Part shown: one piece after another, positions 44,892 through 58,640 of the stretch | Numbering within the stretch: position 1 is the stretch's first letter | How the letters are laid out: each line of letters starts with the position of its first letter | NCBI RefSeq assembly: GCF_009914755.1 | Contig: NC_060927.1 | Reading direction: 5' to 3' (one strand) | Origin: the human T2T-CHM13v2.0 reference genome, Homo sapiens | Length of the DNA stretch: 64,000 bases | Notes under the pieces: generated by a model | Database searches by the model: none | What the model was told of the DNA's origin: nothing | The model's input: only the letters and a program-made list of their open reading frames with translations | Made by a program: the position numbers and the translations under genes

Positions 44892-45608
44892 TTATATGAG
44901 CTTTTTGTACAGTGATAAGACAAAACAAAACCACACAAAGGCTGGATCCCACCAGCAGAAAATGTTTTAAAATTATGTTACCGCCACTGGACATAATGAA
45001 TTAGATTTATACAGTAGCCTTGAAGGGATTTCCTCAAAGAATTATTGAAAGATAAAAGAATGAGTAATATTCCATTTTTGTAAAACAATGACTGAAAAAT
45101 CTCTCCAGATATGTATATATAAATACACGTATGTATTAACATATTAGCAGGTTGACAAATACACAAGTATAATCATAGGTCAGAACGTCCCAAATTCTGC
45201 ATCTTGGCACAAGTATAAGATAATAACTTTTATCTAACACTGGGGTGGAAAGATAAAGGTTGTTCATCACCAGAAATGATGAGCCAAAGGATAGAGCCAC
45301 CTAAAAAGCAGTATTTGAGCAAAGGAGTTGGGGAGTTCAAAAGGAAGTTGTTGCCTGAGGAGGATTCTGGGAGCACTCCAGGAAGAGGGAGGATAGAGCA
45401 TGGTGGATGAGGTGGGTCATGTGTACGGGAATGGGATAGTACCGAGTGAAAACATGGGAACAAAATGACGCAAAGTTCAGAAATACACATACATACATTT
45501 ACATATATGAATACGTATGTGTATTCTTGAATTTCATGGTCATATTTATGCATTTTTGGTGAAATTGTGTTTTTAAAACTTACTTTATGTCTTAAAAATA
45601 ACACTTAA

Positions 45609-46027
<419 letters not shown>

Positions 46028-46945
46028 CTATTAAAATCAAGAGGGCACCATATTTCTCCCTTTGCTCTTCTAAGATCCAGTACTTATGATAAGAAAACCA
46101 TAGTCCAACACACCCTATGTAAGTTATTCTGTGTATCTGAGCTTCAGATGTAAAGGAGCTCTTTCAGACTTCAGGGTTATGAGAGTTTCTGAATAGCCAC
46201 CTGGCAAATCTGGGTAGATGTTGACTTTCCCAGCAGGCCACAATTTATTGCCAAAAGCACAGTTTTTTTCTTTTGTTTTGACTTAACATGCCAGAAAAAA
46301 AACACAAGACTATAAGAATTAAACCTAATGCATCACAGCTAAGCTCTCTAAGGCATGAAAGAGGCAAGGGCTGCACCAAAACGAATTTATCAATCACGGA
46401 ATGCAGGACCCCTTGTATGATTAGCTTAATTATTTAAAGAATGCAAAACAGGTGGACGGTTCTACCATTAAATTATCCTGTTTAAAGAAAATGCCAACTC
46501 GGTAAGCATTTCTAAGTGGACAGGCTATTTCAATAGAGTACATTGCTGAATGTGTGTGTGTGTAATAATAAAAGAGGCTGCCCTTTAAAAATCCCCACAC
46601 CACGTACTTTTATTAATTTAATTTGGTGTCCACTGTACTTTTTAGTTCGCTCCAGTTGCAATTACTATTCTAGTTTAATTTCACATATATTTGCATTGTT
46701 TCATCGAAACCCTTACCTCGGTAAAGAGTAAAAATAGATACCTCCCACTAGACCCACCTCAAAAGGATATATGTGTTTGAAAACATACATACACAACTAA
46801 GTGGGATGAAAGTGATCTTTAGAGATATGGGATAAAGGAAAAACCATTTGAAAAAAGTCTCAGAACACTCCTAGGAAGACCATATGTACTTCCTCATCCA
46901 GCAAAGTGCTATTTCAAATGTGTTAAATAAGTAGGGAGTGTGTCA

Positions 46946-46968
46946 GTGTGCGTGTGTGTGTGTGTGTG
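46946..46968. repeat. (TG)n microsatellite
   Basis: Short TG run. Confidence 0.8.
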
Positions 46969-49217
46969 TCTCTGTACCAATAAACATCCAGAAAAAAAGA
47001 GGGGAAAAAGTCAATATAAAAATTTAGAAATTAGAATATTTACTTTTAGTTAAGAAAATTTCTAGAAAGTTTTATTTTGATATACAAAATATAAGACAGC
47101 CATCTCAACAATCGTGTCCAGTCATTCAGCAATCAGCCACCACTGACAACCTACACCTTTCCTTCCTTTCAATAATGGCCTTCCAACAGACCTCGAAAGG
47201 CTTCTATATGGGTCACTTTTCTTACTATATCTGTATTTTTTTTCCAAACCTAATCCTGTTTGTTCTGAATTATACTGAGTTTCTGATAAACTTTAAAATG
47301 TTTTTCTTAGATCCAGCTGCACTAAGAGTATAAAGCGAATTTAGAATCACCACCCCACAGTCCCCCCGCCGACAAATCATACTATTTAATATGGCGGTGA
47401 TGAGAACAACGTATGTGACTACCGTGACACTCAATAAAAATGCTATGATTTGCTTTTTAAAAAGTCAGAAACCTATAGAATTCGTATGTGAGTTCCACTC
47501 ATTGTTTCTATAAAAAGGTCATTCTGATATGTTTTAGGGCATTGTCATGAGAATGTGTGAAAAATCTATAGGCTTACAAAACATGAAAACTCAAGATACT
47601 GGTTGGTAAGGACATGGTAGGGGTAATGTATTCTTAGAAGAGAGGCTGCATCATTTCTGCAGATAAATTTGAAATTTTCTTCATGCAATTTGGAATGTAA
47701 TCTCTTACTAGATTAAATTTTACAGCTCAGGAAGGTGAGGAGCTGGTAAGAGCAAACTGCATGAGACAAGAGTATAGATATCCAACAAACAATGAGGCAA
47801 CCAACCTGATTCAGTTAGTACTTGACAGCAATGCTTTTATTAGAAACACTTTACTTATGACCTATTACCAGTGGTTCCTCTACTATTGGGATACATTTAA
47901 ATCTGTCATTTTAAATGTGTTTACACTTTTTCTGTGTACAAGAACTGCTGACAAAAGCAAGCGTGATATGTCATACTGATGACGTGTTAAGCTGAGGAAA
48001 TTTCCACTGCCACAGGCAACACCTTAACCTTATGAAACATTTTAATCACATTTTTATTGAAGAAGCTTATTAAAAGATGCAGGCTTTCAGAACTCGACAA
48101 ATTTTCTTGATCCTCTGCCAAATCAGAGGTAGGCAAAGTGTACTCTGAAATCACCTCCCCCCAATTGTAAATTCATTTTCTGAAATTAGATATTGACATT
48201 TAAGCATCATATAAAAGTCAAACTTTTCTAGGATGGCTGAGAAGTTGAAAATCCTAAATGCCCACATTATGAGAAAAGAAGTTAAGGCAAAGGCCAATAT
48301 GGTGAGTAATTTTAAATTTACACTTAGCATTTAGCCCCTTTTCTGCATTAGTCCCATGTTAGGAACCAACTCATTCTTTCATATCCAACATATGTATTTT
48401 CAGTATTTGCTAAGAAATAATCCTCATTTCAAAGCATTGGTTATTATTTTCTACAAAAGCTTGGTTTCTCAATAGTATAATTCTGTGTTTGCAGACTATA
48501 AAAGTATAGCTCTGAGAATATGAAAGAAAATAATCACCAGGACAGGCAATCGATTTCTGTGTGGGCAAAAATTTTAGACCTTTTTTGTAGGTGAATGACA
48601 TCAGAGAGCCATTTAGCTCTAAGTCTCCATGACTACCTGTAAAATGGAGATATCATTCATTCACTCATTCATTTGATAAATATCAAGAGAACATCCACAA
48701 TATTTCAGGTACAGAACTAGGTGGCATTGGGGTGACAGAGAACACACTGGTTTTGCCTTTAAGGACATTTATAGTCTACTTGCTTTCTGTCCACTTCGAC
48801 TCAGACATAAAGAATATTTATCAAATATACCGGAAGTCCCAGAATAAGGGTACTCTAAATACATCATTCAAATTTCAAAATAGAACCTAAAAAACAAATG
48901 CCAAAACATTTACCCAATGTATTCAGGCCTTATGAACCTAGTGATTAACATATTTTTAATATGTTATTTCAGCTATACTGTAACTATATGGTGAAACACA
49001 ACAAACCAAACTACTTGGTTTATTTAGTTTAGTGTAAAGCCACATTTAGTAGTATTCCAACTCAGTGCTCTTCGGCAAGTATGTGCACAGCTATATTACG
49101 TCTAGGCACTGTAACAGTGGCTAGGGAGATGATGACATGATGACATGATGATCTGTTAGAACCCTGTGACCTTAAGAAGCTTATGGTCCAGAAAGACATA
49201 CAAATGTGTCATTCACT

Positions 49218-49447
49218 ATGTGATACTCCTCTCAATCTCTTCCTCTCACCATCTCACCATCTTTCTTACATTCCTACTCCTGATTTGGTCCAGACAATCC
49301 ACCCATCTTCCAGAGCCAAGAACTCTGTTGAGCCAATAGTAAAAATCTCATTCCCTCTGCAAAGGATTTGTTTGTTTAGGAAAGTTGTGTGACCCAGTTT
49401 CAGCCAACAAGGAAAGTGAGTGAAAAACCATTCAATAGGGCTTTTGA
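49218..49447 (+). mobile_element. MLT1J-like LTR fragment
   Basis: 'tttagg...tgtgacccagtttcagccaa'; appears to resume at ~49891 after the L1. Confidence 0.55.
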
Positions 49448-49890
49448 AAAAGACATGGAACCAATCTAAATGCCCATCAATGATGAACTGGATCAAGAAA
49501 ATGTGGTACATATACACCATGGAATAGTACACAGCCATAAAAAGGAATGAGATCATGTCATTTGCAGGGACATGGATGAAGCTGGAAGCCATCATCCTCA
49601 GCAAACTAACACAGGAACAGAACACCAAATACCGCATGTTCTCACTCATAAGGGGGAGTTGAACAATGAGAACACAAGGACACAGGGAGGGGAACAACAC
49701 ACAACAGGGCCTGTTGGGGGTGGAGGGTGTGTGGGGAGGGAACCTAGAGGATGGGTCAATAGGTGCAGCAAACCACCATGGCACACGTATACCTATGTAA
49801 CAAACCTGCACGTTCTGCGCATGTATCCCAGAACTTAAAATAAAAAATTAAGTATCAATCCAAAAAACACAAAAACAAAAACCAAAAAAA
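49448..49890 (+). mobile_element. L1PA8-like 3' end
   Basis: 'gggagggaacctagaggatgggtcaataggtgcagcaaaccaccatggcacacgtatacctatgtaac'. Confidence 0.92.
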
Positions 49891-49924
49891 AGTTTCTTCA
49901 CTCTTTCCAAAAAGAGGTAAAAGA

Positions 49925-51500
49925 TAAACCCAAGTGAATGGAGAATTTGGTATATGATAAATATGCTATCCTTAAATCACTGGGGAGAAGATGGAGTTTT
50001 GATATGAACTGTTGGGATAAGTGGATAGTCACATGAAGAAAGGTAAAATCAGATCCATTCCTTAGACTTTAAACCAGGATAAATTCCAAATGGATCAACT
50101 ATTTAACTATGAAAACTAAAATTAAGGACTAGAAAAAAACATGGTAATATGTCATCTCAATAACCTAGGAATGGGGAAAACTTTTCTAACAATTATTTAA
50201 AATCCCAAAGTAATAAGGAAAAACATGGATACCAGTGATTACATAAAAGATTCCAGAAACAAATTGGGAGAACACATTGGTAAGCTTCACTAGAGATAAA
50301 AATCCCCAATATACAAAGGGCTGCAAAATCAGGAAAAAAACAGCCCAAAATCACACTGAAAAATGAGTGAGAAATATGAACTGATTAGCTCATAAATAAA
50401 TGCAAATGGGCCTTAAACATAAGAAAATACACTGGACTGTGCTGTTAATATGACAAATGCAATCGAAAACAATACTAATATAACATTCCTCACCTATCTG
50501 ACAGGAAAGTCTTAAAGTTCAACAATATAGTATGTTGGCCAGACTTAGGGAACTAGGAATTCTTATATAGTTGTGGTATAAATACAAAGAGACATATGCA
50601 AACCCTATGGATAAGTGTTCATCAATACCTAGCAAAATTACATATGTATTTATCCTTTGACACAGAATTGCACTTCTGGGAGTCTATCCAAAAGACACAC
50701 TAGCAAAGATAAAATATATGTTTGCACAAAGCAATTCACTGCAGCATTATTTAAAATAACAAGAGATTGAAAATAAAAATGTTTATAAATAGGGGATGGA
50801 GTGAGAAAAAAGCATGGTACATCCCCCATGATGGAGTACTATAAAACCGTAAAAAAAAAAAAAAAAAAAGGAGAGGAGGAAGAGGAAAAAGAAGAAAAGA
50901 AATCATTCTAGAAAGTGCAACTAAATGCTCTCCAGGCTATTTTTCTAAAGAACGAAAGAAAGTTGAAGAAAAATGTATAGAGTATATATAACTTTTCAAA
51001 GAAAGGATGGAACACAAATATAAATGTATTTATATACATACGTGTATGTATATCCACATACAAACACATATATGCAACCTTATGTATATATTGTATTTGT
51101 ATTTAATAAACAGAGTAAGTATTAAAAATTTGGGGGAGGAAGAAACAGAGTATAAGGGAGATATAGAAGTTATACTACTTTGAACATACTGGTTTTATAG
51201 ATTGATTCTGAAATCATAAATATTCTACATAATTATAATGCAAAATTAAATCTAAAAAAGCAATCTCTATAAATTGAAAGTAAAATAAACCTAATTTCAT
51301 ATCCAGTTGCTATCATAAGCACTCACAGAGGTGCTATTTCTAGCGATTTTATTTAAGATACATAACAATTTAAAGGAAAACTCTAAACTGCTCATGGTAA
51401 TTAAATTATTTGTAGTAGGACTGGTATCGATATTCTGAGACTCTTGTGCATGTACTGTGAATAAATCAAAGAATTATGATGGTATCATTAAGTGCTGAGG
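49925..51500 (+). mobile_element. Ancient L1M ORF2/3'UTR, fragmented
   Basis: 'ataaattccaaatggatca', 'tcctttgacacagaattgcacttctgggagtctatccaaaag', 'atggagtactata'. Confidence 0.75.
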
Positions 51501-52854
51501 TTTTGTTGGGGAAGGAGAGTATGGTTGAAATGAAATAAAGATGTGAGATCAATGGGGTAAGGCATTCTGACTGGGGAAAACCACTCTCCCAAAGATGAGC
51601 CTACAAGTTGCCTTAGCTGGTTCTCCAGGCTTCTGTTTCTAAAGTTATTGTCATGACATCTTTTTAATGTTCGCTTTTCATATGATGAGGCCAATATATA
51701 CATATTAAAGTACATTTACATGCATATACACACGTAAACTTATTTGGATAGCATGTTCTCATGCATCGATCACATTTCTGATTTGAGATAATAGTACACT
51801 AGGTTAAATTCTTCCTAATTGACTGTGGCCAAGTCTGCTCACGCCCAGCATCGGACCTCACATTCTTTCCTACCTACTTGTTTTAAGCTGCTGGCTCCTT
51901 GCAGTCACTTGGCAGAAAACACTTCTCCTCAAACTTGCATTGTATTTCTAGCTTTCACTCATCAATATGAATTTTAAGGCTCCCAGTGAAAACCAATTTA
52001 AGGTATGGAGCCTGTTTAAAACAAGGACTGGCTCCAGTCACACCCTTATTTTCAGAAAATAAGCCTCTGAGGCACTCCCAACATAGGGACATGCAGCCAG
52101 GACGCCAAGTGGTATGCTTTGGTAGAAAGAATTAAAAACAACTTAGTATAAAAACGTTAGGGTATTTGTTGGATTTAAAAAGTTTAGCTAATGTACATGA
52201 CAGCAGACCTCAAAGCACCAGAAGACTCCCTTGTCTGTAATAGAGCTTCAGATAGAACACACCTCTTGAAATAATACTAATATCTATTTTGGGATAATAT
52301 AAGGTATTTTCTCCAAAACACATATCTCTTTCACATAACGGGAGACATATAAGTAAACAGAAATATCTCTGAAGACAACTAAGTGTTGTTTAAGCACTAA
52401 AATAACAATCTAATGAATTAGTAAGATAAGAAAAAATCTATGGGGAGAGGAATATTATTTAGTTTGGGAAAATAAATATGGTTTGCAAGGCATATGAAAT
52501 ATCACTGGGACAGAGGACAGGAAATAATACTGGGCCTGGGACAGGATATGAGAAAAACAAGATGAAATGGAAGATGTGAGAATTCAGAATAGACAAAGAA
52601 AAAGGACATGGCGGAGCAATCCTGGGCGCTAATGATTTTCTAAGAAACCAGCAAATCCGGGTTTGTTCCTGAGGATGTTCCAAGTGGAGCAGCTGTCTAT
52701 CTCAGGGATTTTGCTAACTCCAGAAGCCATCAGCCTAGTGCCCAGTGAATGTTTAATACTGAGATGCTTTCATGCCACCTGAAAGAAAAGCAAGAGAGGG
52801 ATCTGTGTCCCTCTCAAAGTACCTAGTACTTTATGGTAGCTTCATTGGTTTATT

Positions 52855-53340
52855 GCGTTGATTATTCAAGATTCCTTGGCTGACGATGACAAGAACACAA
52901 ATCAAACTAGCCTCAACTAGAAAGAGAATTAATTGGCTTATATAACTAGGTATTCCAATGATAGAGAGAACATGAGACAAATCTGGATCAAGGCACATAC
53001 CCTTTCTTGCTCTCTCTCCCCCCATCTGCTTCTTTCCGTCTCCCAATTCTGTTTGTCTCTGATCAGCTTTTGGCCTCATATTCTTCTTCCATGAGCAGAC
53101 TCTGAAATCCCAAACCCACAGCTTTTTTGTGTCAAGTCGTCTCTCTACATAGATCAGATTTCACCGAAGCAATCTTACTGACAGCTACATGGGAGATGCT
53201 TCAGCTTCCTGGAACAATCGCTGGGGCATATTCCTGTGATTCAGACATTGGACAGACCCAAGTCAAGCTCCCACAGGCCACTACACTGGCCATTTCCACC
53301 ACAACCATACAGGATGGGGAAGGAGCAGTTTTCCAATGAA
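52855..53340 (-). mobile_element. Old MLT1 LTR
   Basis: 'caaatcaaactagc...aattaattggcttatataact...ctggatcaagg' matches the MLT1 3' end in reverse. Confidence 0.6.
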
Positions 53341-54297
53341 TCCCAACAACAGATTTTTCCCACTATCCTTCCAATAAGACTATTTTTCCTCCAAGGGCAT
53401 GGCCTCTCAAATATTTTTGGCCTTCTCCACACTTTACCATAACATCTCCTAAATATATGCCCCATAATTAAACAGATGGAAACCAGAATTTTTATTGTAG
53501 ACATCATCAGTGAATTATTTTCACAGATTGCAAATACATTCCTTCAATATTCCATTACCTGATTGTGATCACCTAATTAGCAGATGAAAACTATTCAGAG
53601 TATCAGGAGCATAAGAGGAACAAGGACATGTCAATTTGAAAATGATATCCTTAGAAAGCATGCCTATCTACATCTCCTATCTCTAAGTCATAAATGGAAA
53701 GCATTTAACATACTTACTGAAGATTTTTATATGTGAAAAATGGGATGGTTCAGGTAGCCTACAGATCCTGCAACCGTGGTGTGTGGAACATAGGTGTCAT
53801 GCAGAATAATCTCATGTAATAAGAGGTTCAGAGGGTGGTCGTGACTAGCGCAATGGGAAGCTAAGTAGATACGATTCCAGGCCCTACCCTCACTACAAAC
53901 AGAAGGTCCAAGATTTCATCCTCTTTCTTATTTGAGAGTTTCATATTTTTCATTTTTTTGAAAAAGCAATTGTACTGCCAAACTAAAAAACTTACAAACA
54001 AGCAACAAATTGTATTAGTCTAATCACCTCATTATACTAAAGATGAAATAGTTTCTAAATACAGATCCTAAACTTGCTGTCATTTAAATTTCAACACAGC
54101 TATCCTTTTACTTCACCAGGCTGCCTTTCTTAATTTGATTTTACAAAGGAAAGCTTTTTAAAAAAAACTAAAACTAAAAAAGCATAGTATTCTATGCTTG
54201 AGTTCTTAGACTACACATAAATATTTAGGCCGTGCTTATCAGAATTTTAGAATTCTGAAGAGCCTCCCTGAACTGTCAAAACCTCTAAAAGCCACAC

Positions 54298-54970
54298 CAT
54301 GCTGGTGAGGCGACAGAGTAAAGGGAACACTTACATACTGCTGGTAGGAATGTAAATTAGTTCACTCACTGTGGAAAGCAGTGTGGAAATTTCTCAAAGA
54401 TCTTAATAACAGAATTACCATTTAAACCAGCAATCCCACTACTGGGTATATAACCAAAGGAAAATAAATCTTTCTGCCAAAAAGACATGTACACTCCTAT
54501 GTTCATTGCAGTACTATTCACAATAGCAAAGACACGGAATCAACCAAGATGCCCATCAACAGTGAACTGGATAAAGAAAATGTGGTACATATATACCACA
54601 GAATACTATGCAGCTGTAAAAAAAAGAATGAAATTATGTCCTTTGCAGCAACGTGGATGCAGCTGGAGGCCATTATCCTAAGCAAACTAACACAGGAACA
54701 GGAAACCAAATACAACACCCTCTCACTTATAAGTGGGAGCTAAACATTGAATACATATAGACACAAAGATGGGAACAAGAGACACTGAGGACTGCTTGAG
54801 GAGGGAGATGAGGAGGGGCACATGGATTCAAAGCCTGCCAATCATGTACGATACTCACTACCTGGGTGACAGGATCATTCATCCACCAAGCTTCAGCGAC
54901 ACTCAGTTTACCCGTGTAACAAGCCTGGATGCACACCCCTGGAATCTAAAATAAAATAAGATAAAAGTAA
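54298..54970 (+). mobile_element. L1PA15-17-like 3' end
   Basis: ORF 54487..54681 is the ORF2p C-terminus 'MFIAVLFTIAKTRNQPRCPS..NWIKKMWYIYT'; 3'UTR 'ctcactacctgggtgacaggatcattc'. Confidence 0.92.
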
Positions 54971-54991
54971 TTCATTCAATTAAAAAAAATA

Positions 54992-55406
<415 letters not shown>

Positions 55407-57119
55407 CTACCTATGCCTCTGTTGAAATATCAATGAGTCTGTCTAATAAATGCCTGCAATAGGCTACTTAATTAAAATGAATAGCTTTAGCAATCACCTT
55501 GGTTGACAACATTCAGAATGAAGAGCAAATAATAGTTAACACTTATTCTACATAATTACTCTTCCCTTCCGTACACAAAACATGTACAGAGCCTGGGCTT
55601 GGTAACACGAAATTTCCAATAATCTATGAGAGAACACTTAAAGACTTTACACTTAAGAAGAATAATTTTTGGATTAATTTTGAATCTATTTTCCAAAAGT
55701 AAATGACTTTTTAAAGGCCTAGTCAGTTACCATGATAAATAAAGACATACACTCCAAGTATTTGGCATATGTAATTACAGTAAAATGAACACACCCCATA
55801 TCAAGCACATCTTTGTAGGTCAAGATGGCAATAAGAAAGTATTTTTCACTCTGGTCCACAGTGATCAAAGGGGGATCAACACTGAAACTGTATTTCAGAA
55901 TGCCAGCCAAAAGCTTTGACCATGAAAGAGAAGCAGTGCTGGCCAGTTGCCCACAAGACTGCATACTACATTAGGTTTTAATACATTTCAAAAACAGAGA
56001 ATTTATATAGAAACTGTGACAATTTGAAGAAGTTTGCTGGGATAATCTTAGAAGACTGATCTAAAGACAGTCTAGGACAGCTGCATGCAATTCTAAGAGT
56101 CAGATCTGTTTGTTTGTTTCCGAGATAAGCGTCAAATACTAATACAGATAAGAGCTAAAACTAAAATACCAATTCAGTGAAAAAGCTAAAACCCAGAAGA
56201 CGTTTTATTTCATTACCTGTCTGAAGTTATTTTTAACAGTGACAGGTCATGTTCTATTTCTTCACTGGGGTAAGAGAGAATATTTGAATGTCCCAAATAT
56301 ATTAAAGTTATAGGCAAAAATGCTCACAAACCATTTAGAAAATGATTCATTTTACTGTCTACCTAATACTGAGCTGAAATACTCTACTCTAAGCTGACTG
56401 CTTAGAGTATGTTTACTATCTGCTAATCCTATAGCTCGCACTTAAACAAGGCTGGTTGGATAGATAATCCAGACAAATGCAGGGTTCCATAACAGAGCAT
56501 TTTTAAATGTCTTAGGCTATCACCTAAGCCACAAACAAAATTGATTTTTCCAGACATGTTCCAGTGTCTGCTTACCCTTTCCTGCTACCAACTGTCATCT
56601 CACTCCCCTGATAAAACTCTTGACATGTTTTGCAGTATCCTCTACTCCCTTCCCATTCCAAACAGCTGTCTTCCCTTCCTGGCAGAAACTCCCTGACATC
56701 TGGATACTCAGGATGGCTACTGTTATGATGGACAGATTCCATTTTATCCAACTACCCAGCTCCGAGAATATAAAAATGAGCAAAAGGAGGAGAAGTGTGA
56801 TAGTTTCACCAGCTACACAAATACTAGTTCAAGTAATGGCTATATTAAAGCATTAGCATGTTGAATAATTTTCTTTTAAAAGTCCAATTTTGTGACATCT
56901 GTAAAATGATACAGAATGTTAAAATGCGATGATTCTGAAAGAATACACAATTACAAGCTTCCTAAATTTCTACTCAGGTAATGACAACAAATCCAAGCCC
57001 ATAGCTCAAACATAGGATTTCTGCTTCATGGCCTAATTTGATGTTTTTTTACTAGATTTAAGAACAAAAACATGTGTGTTAGATGAAGACAGATGAGTCG
57101 AAGAAAAGACAAAACATGA

Positions 57120-57715
57120 GTCACTTTCCTTGAGCTCATCGCCCATATCCCATCAATCACCAGTTCCACTTTGTGCTGCTTCCTAAATATGTATCATCTC
57201 TTGCATATTCTGCTACACTGGTTTCTTAAACTGTTTTCCTATATCCATTCTCCCACTACTTCAGTCTATTCTCCATAAGCAGCCAGTGATATTTTATTGA
57301 AGTGCAAATTGGGTCATATCACCCTAACACCCCCTTTCTAAATCCAATCAGTGGTCCCCCTTCCTTGTAGAATAAAACCTACGCTAGTCCACATGGACCC
57401 TAAAGCTTTGCATAACTCTGGTCCCAGCTTCTCTCTGGCTTCATCAGGAGCCTGTCTTCCCCTCACTCAACATATTCAAACCACACTGGCCTTCCCTCCA
57501 TTATCCAAATGCATCAAATTTCTCCCATTCCTAAGGTCTGCTTTAGCACTTTTCTCTTTGCCTGGCTCCCTCCTGCCCATGGTTCAGATCTCAATTTATA
57601 TGTCACTTCCTCAAGGAATTACTCTGCAATCAACTGCAATATGTTATGTATCCTTTTATATCTCTCATGGGATCATGGAATTTTTCTTAGCAGCACTTTT
57701 AACAACTGTATTTAA
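57120..57715 (+). mobile_element. L2
   Basis: 'attctccataagcagccagtga', 'gtagaataaaacc', 'ccacactggccttc', 'tgtcacttcctca'. Confidence 0.8.
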
Positions 57716-57719
57716 TTAA

Positions 57720-57991
57720 CATATTAAGTCAGACATTAAAGAGATTTGCAAAACTATAAAGCAATGCCATTCTCAATTTTTGGTTTTGAAAAATTGTTAA
57801 TTCTTGTTTAAAAATGTTATCTTAATGTGCAAAATGTTTATTATTGTTTTAAAGTATTATTTTAAAAAAATTTTAATTTCTAATATGGCAAATATCAATA
57901 GATTTAACAACATAAACAAAACTTCTTTCGGTCGTCAATCTTTTTTAGGAGTATAAAGGGATTCTGAGATCGAAAAGTTTAAGAACCACTG
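57720..57991 (+). mobile_element. Charlie1 3' end (hAT)
   Basis: 'cagacattaaagagatttgcaaaa...ctgagatcgaaaagtttaagaaccactg'. Confidence 0.85.
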
Positions 57992-58519
57992 AATAAGAAA
58001 TTAAACTATGGCTTGTGAAAGAATGAGATACTACATTTTAAATCCTTTAGGAATACTTAAAATTGTAGTTAAATATATTTTATGTAGGAAACAAAGCTTT
58101 CAAGTAATGTTGCTACCTTAGAAAGAAAATGCTTAATTCTTATATACTGCTAAGAGAATTATAACAGGATTGTACAGCTAGGTCATAAGCAATGTGTCAA
58201 TTATAAAACAGTTGATAAGAAAGTTCAACTTGCCATGACAAACATAGTTTACAGCTTTAAATGAACAATTTTTTCTTTGAAAGCATTCTAACAAATGTTA
58301 TCTTTAATAACAAACACATATGGCCTTTAAACTTTCAAGGCAAAGATTCTTGAAAATCATAATTAAAACAAACCTTTCGATCTTACAGAAAAGTTCTTAA
58401 CAGAAGACTAACAATTTTGCAATGACAAGATGGTGAATATGTGCTCAATACTAATTACAGTCATGATGACTGTGATATCAACAAACCCATATATGGTACT
58501 TTTCTAAGAGCTTAGAAAT

Positions 58520-58640
58520 CAGCCTTAGTTACTATTATTATTAGCCCAAGGATATGTAACTTACCCTGCATCTGACAGCTAAGTAAGTGACATAAATGAG
58601 GTTTGAATCCAGGGTCTGAGCTCTTAACTCTATACTGCCT
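58520..58640 (-). mobile_element. MIR 5' fragment, followed by (TACA)n to ~58680
   Basis: 'cagctaagtaagtg...gtttgaatccagg...ctcttaactctatactg'. Confidence 0.7.

Noticed and set aside
47398-47527. Box C-like GTGATGA with a distant CTGA (possible C/D snoRNA)
   Set aside because: No convincing terminal stem or internal boxes; both motifs are short enough to occur by chance
49266-49811. 181-aa minus-strand ORF
   Set aside because: Antisense translation of an L1PA 3' end and the adjacent LTR
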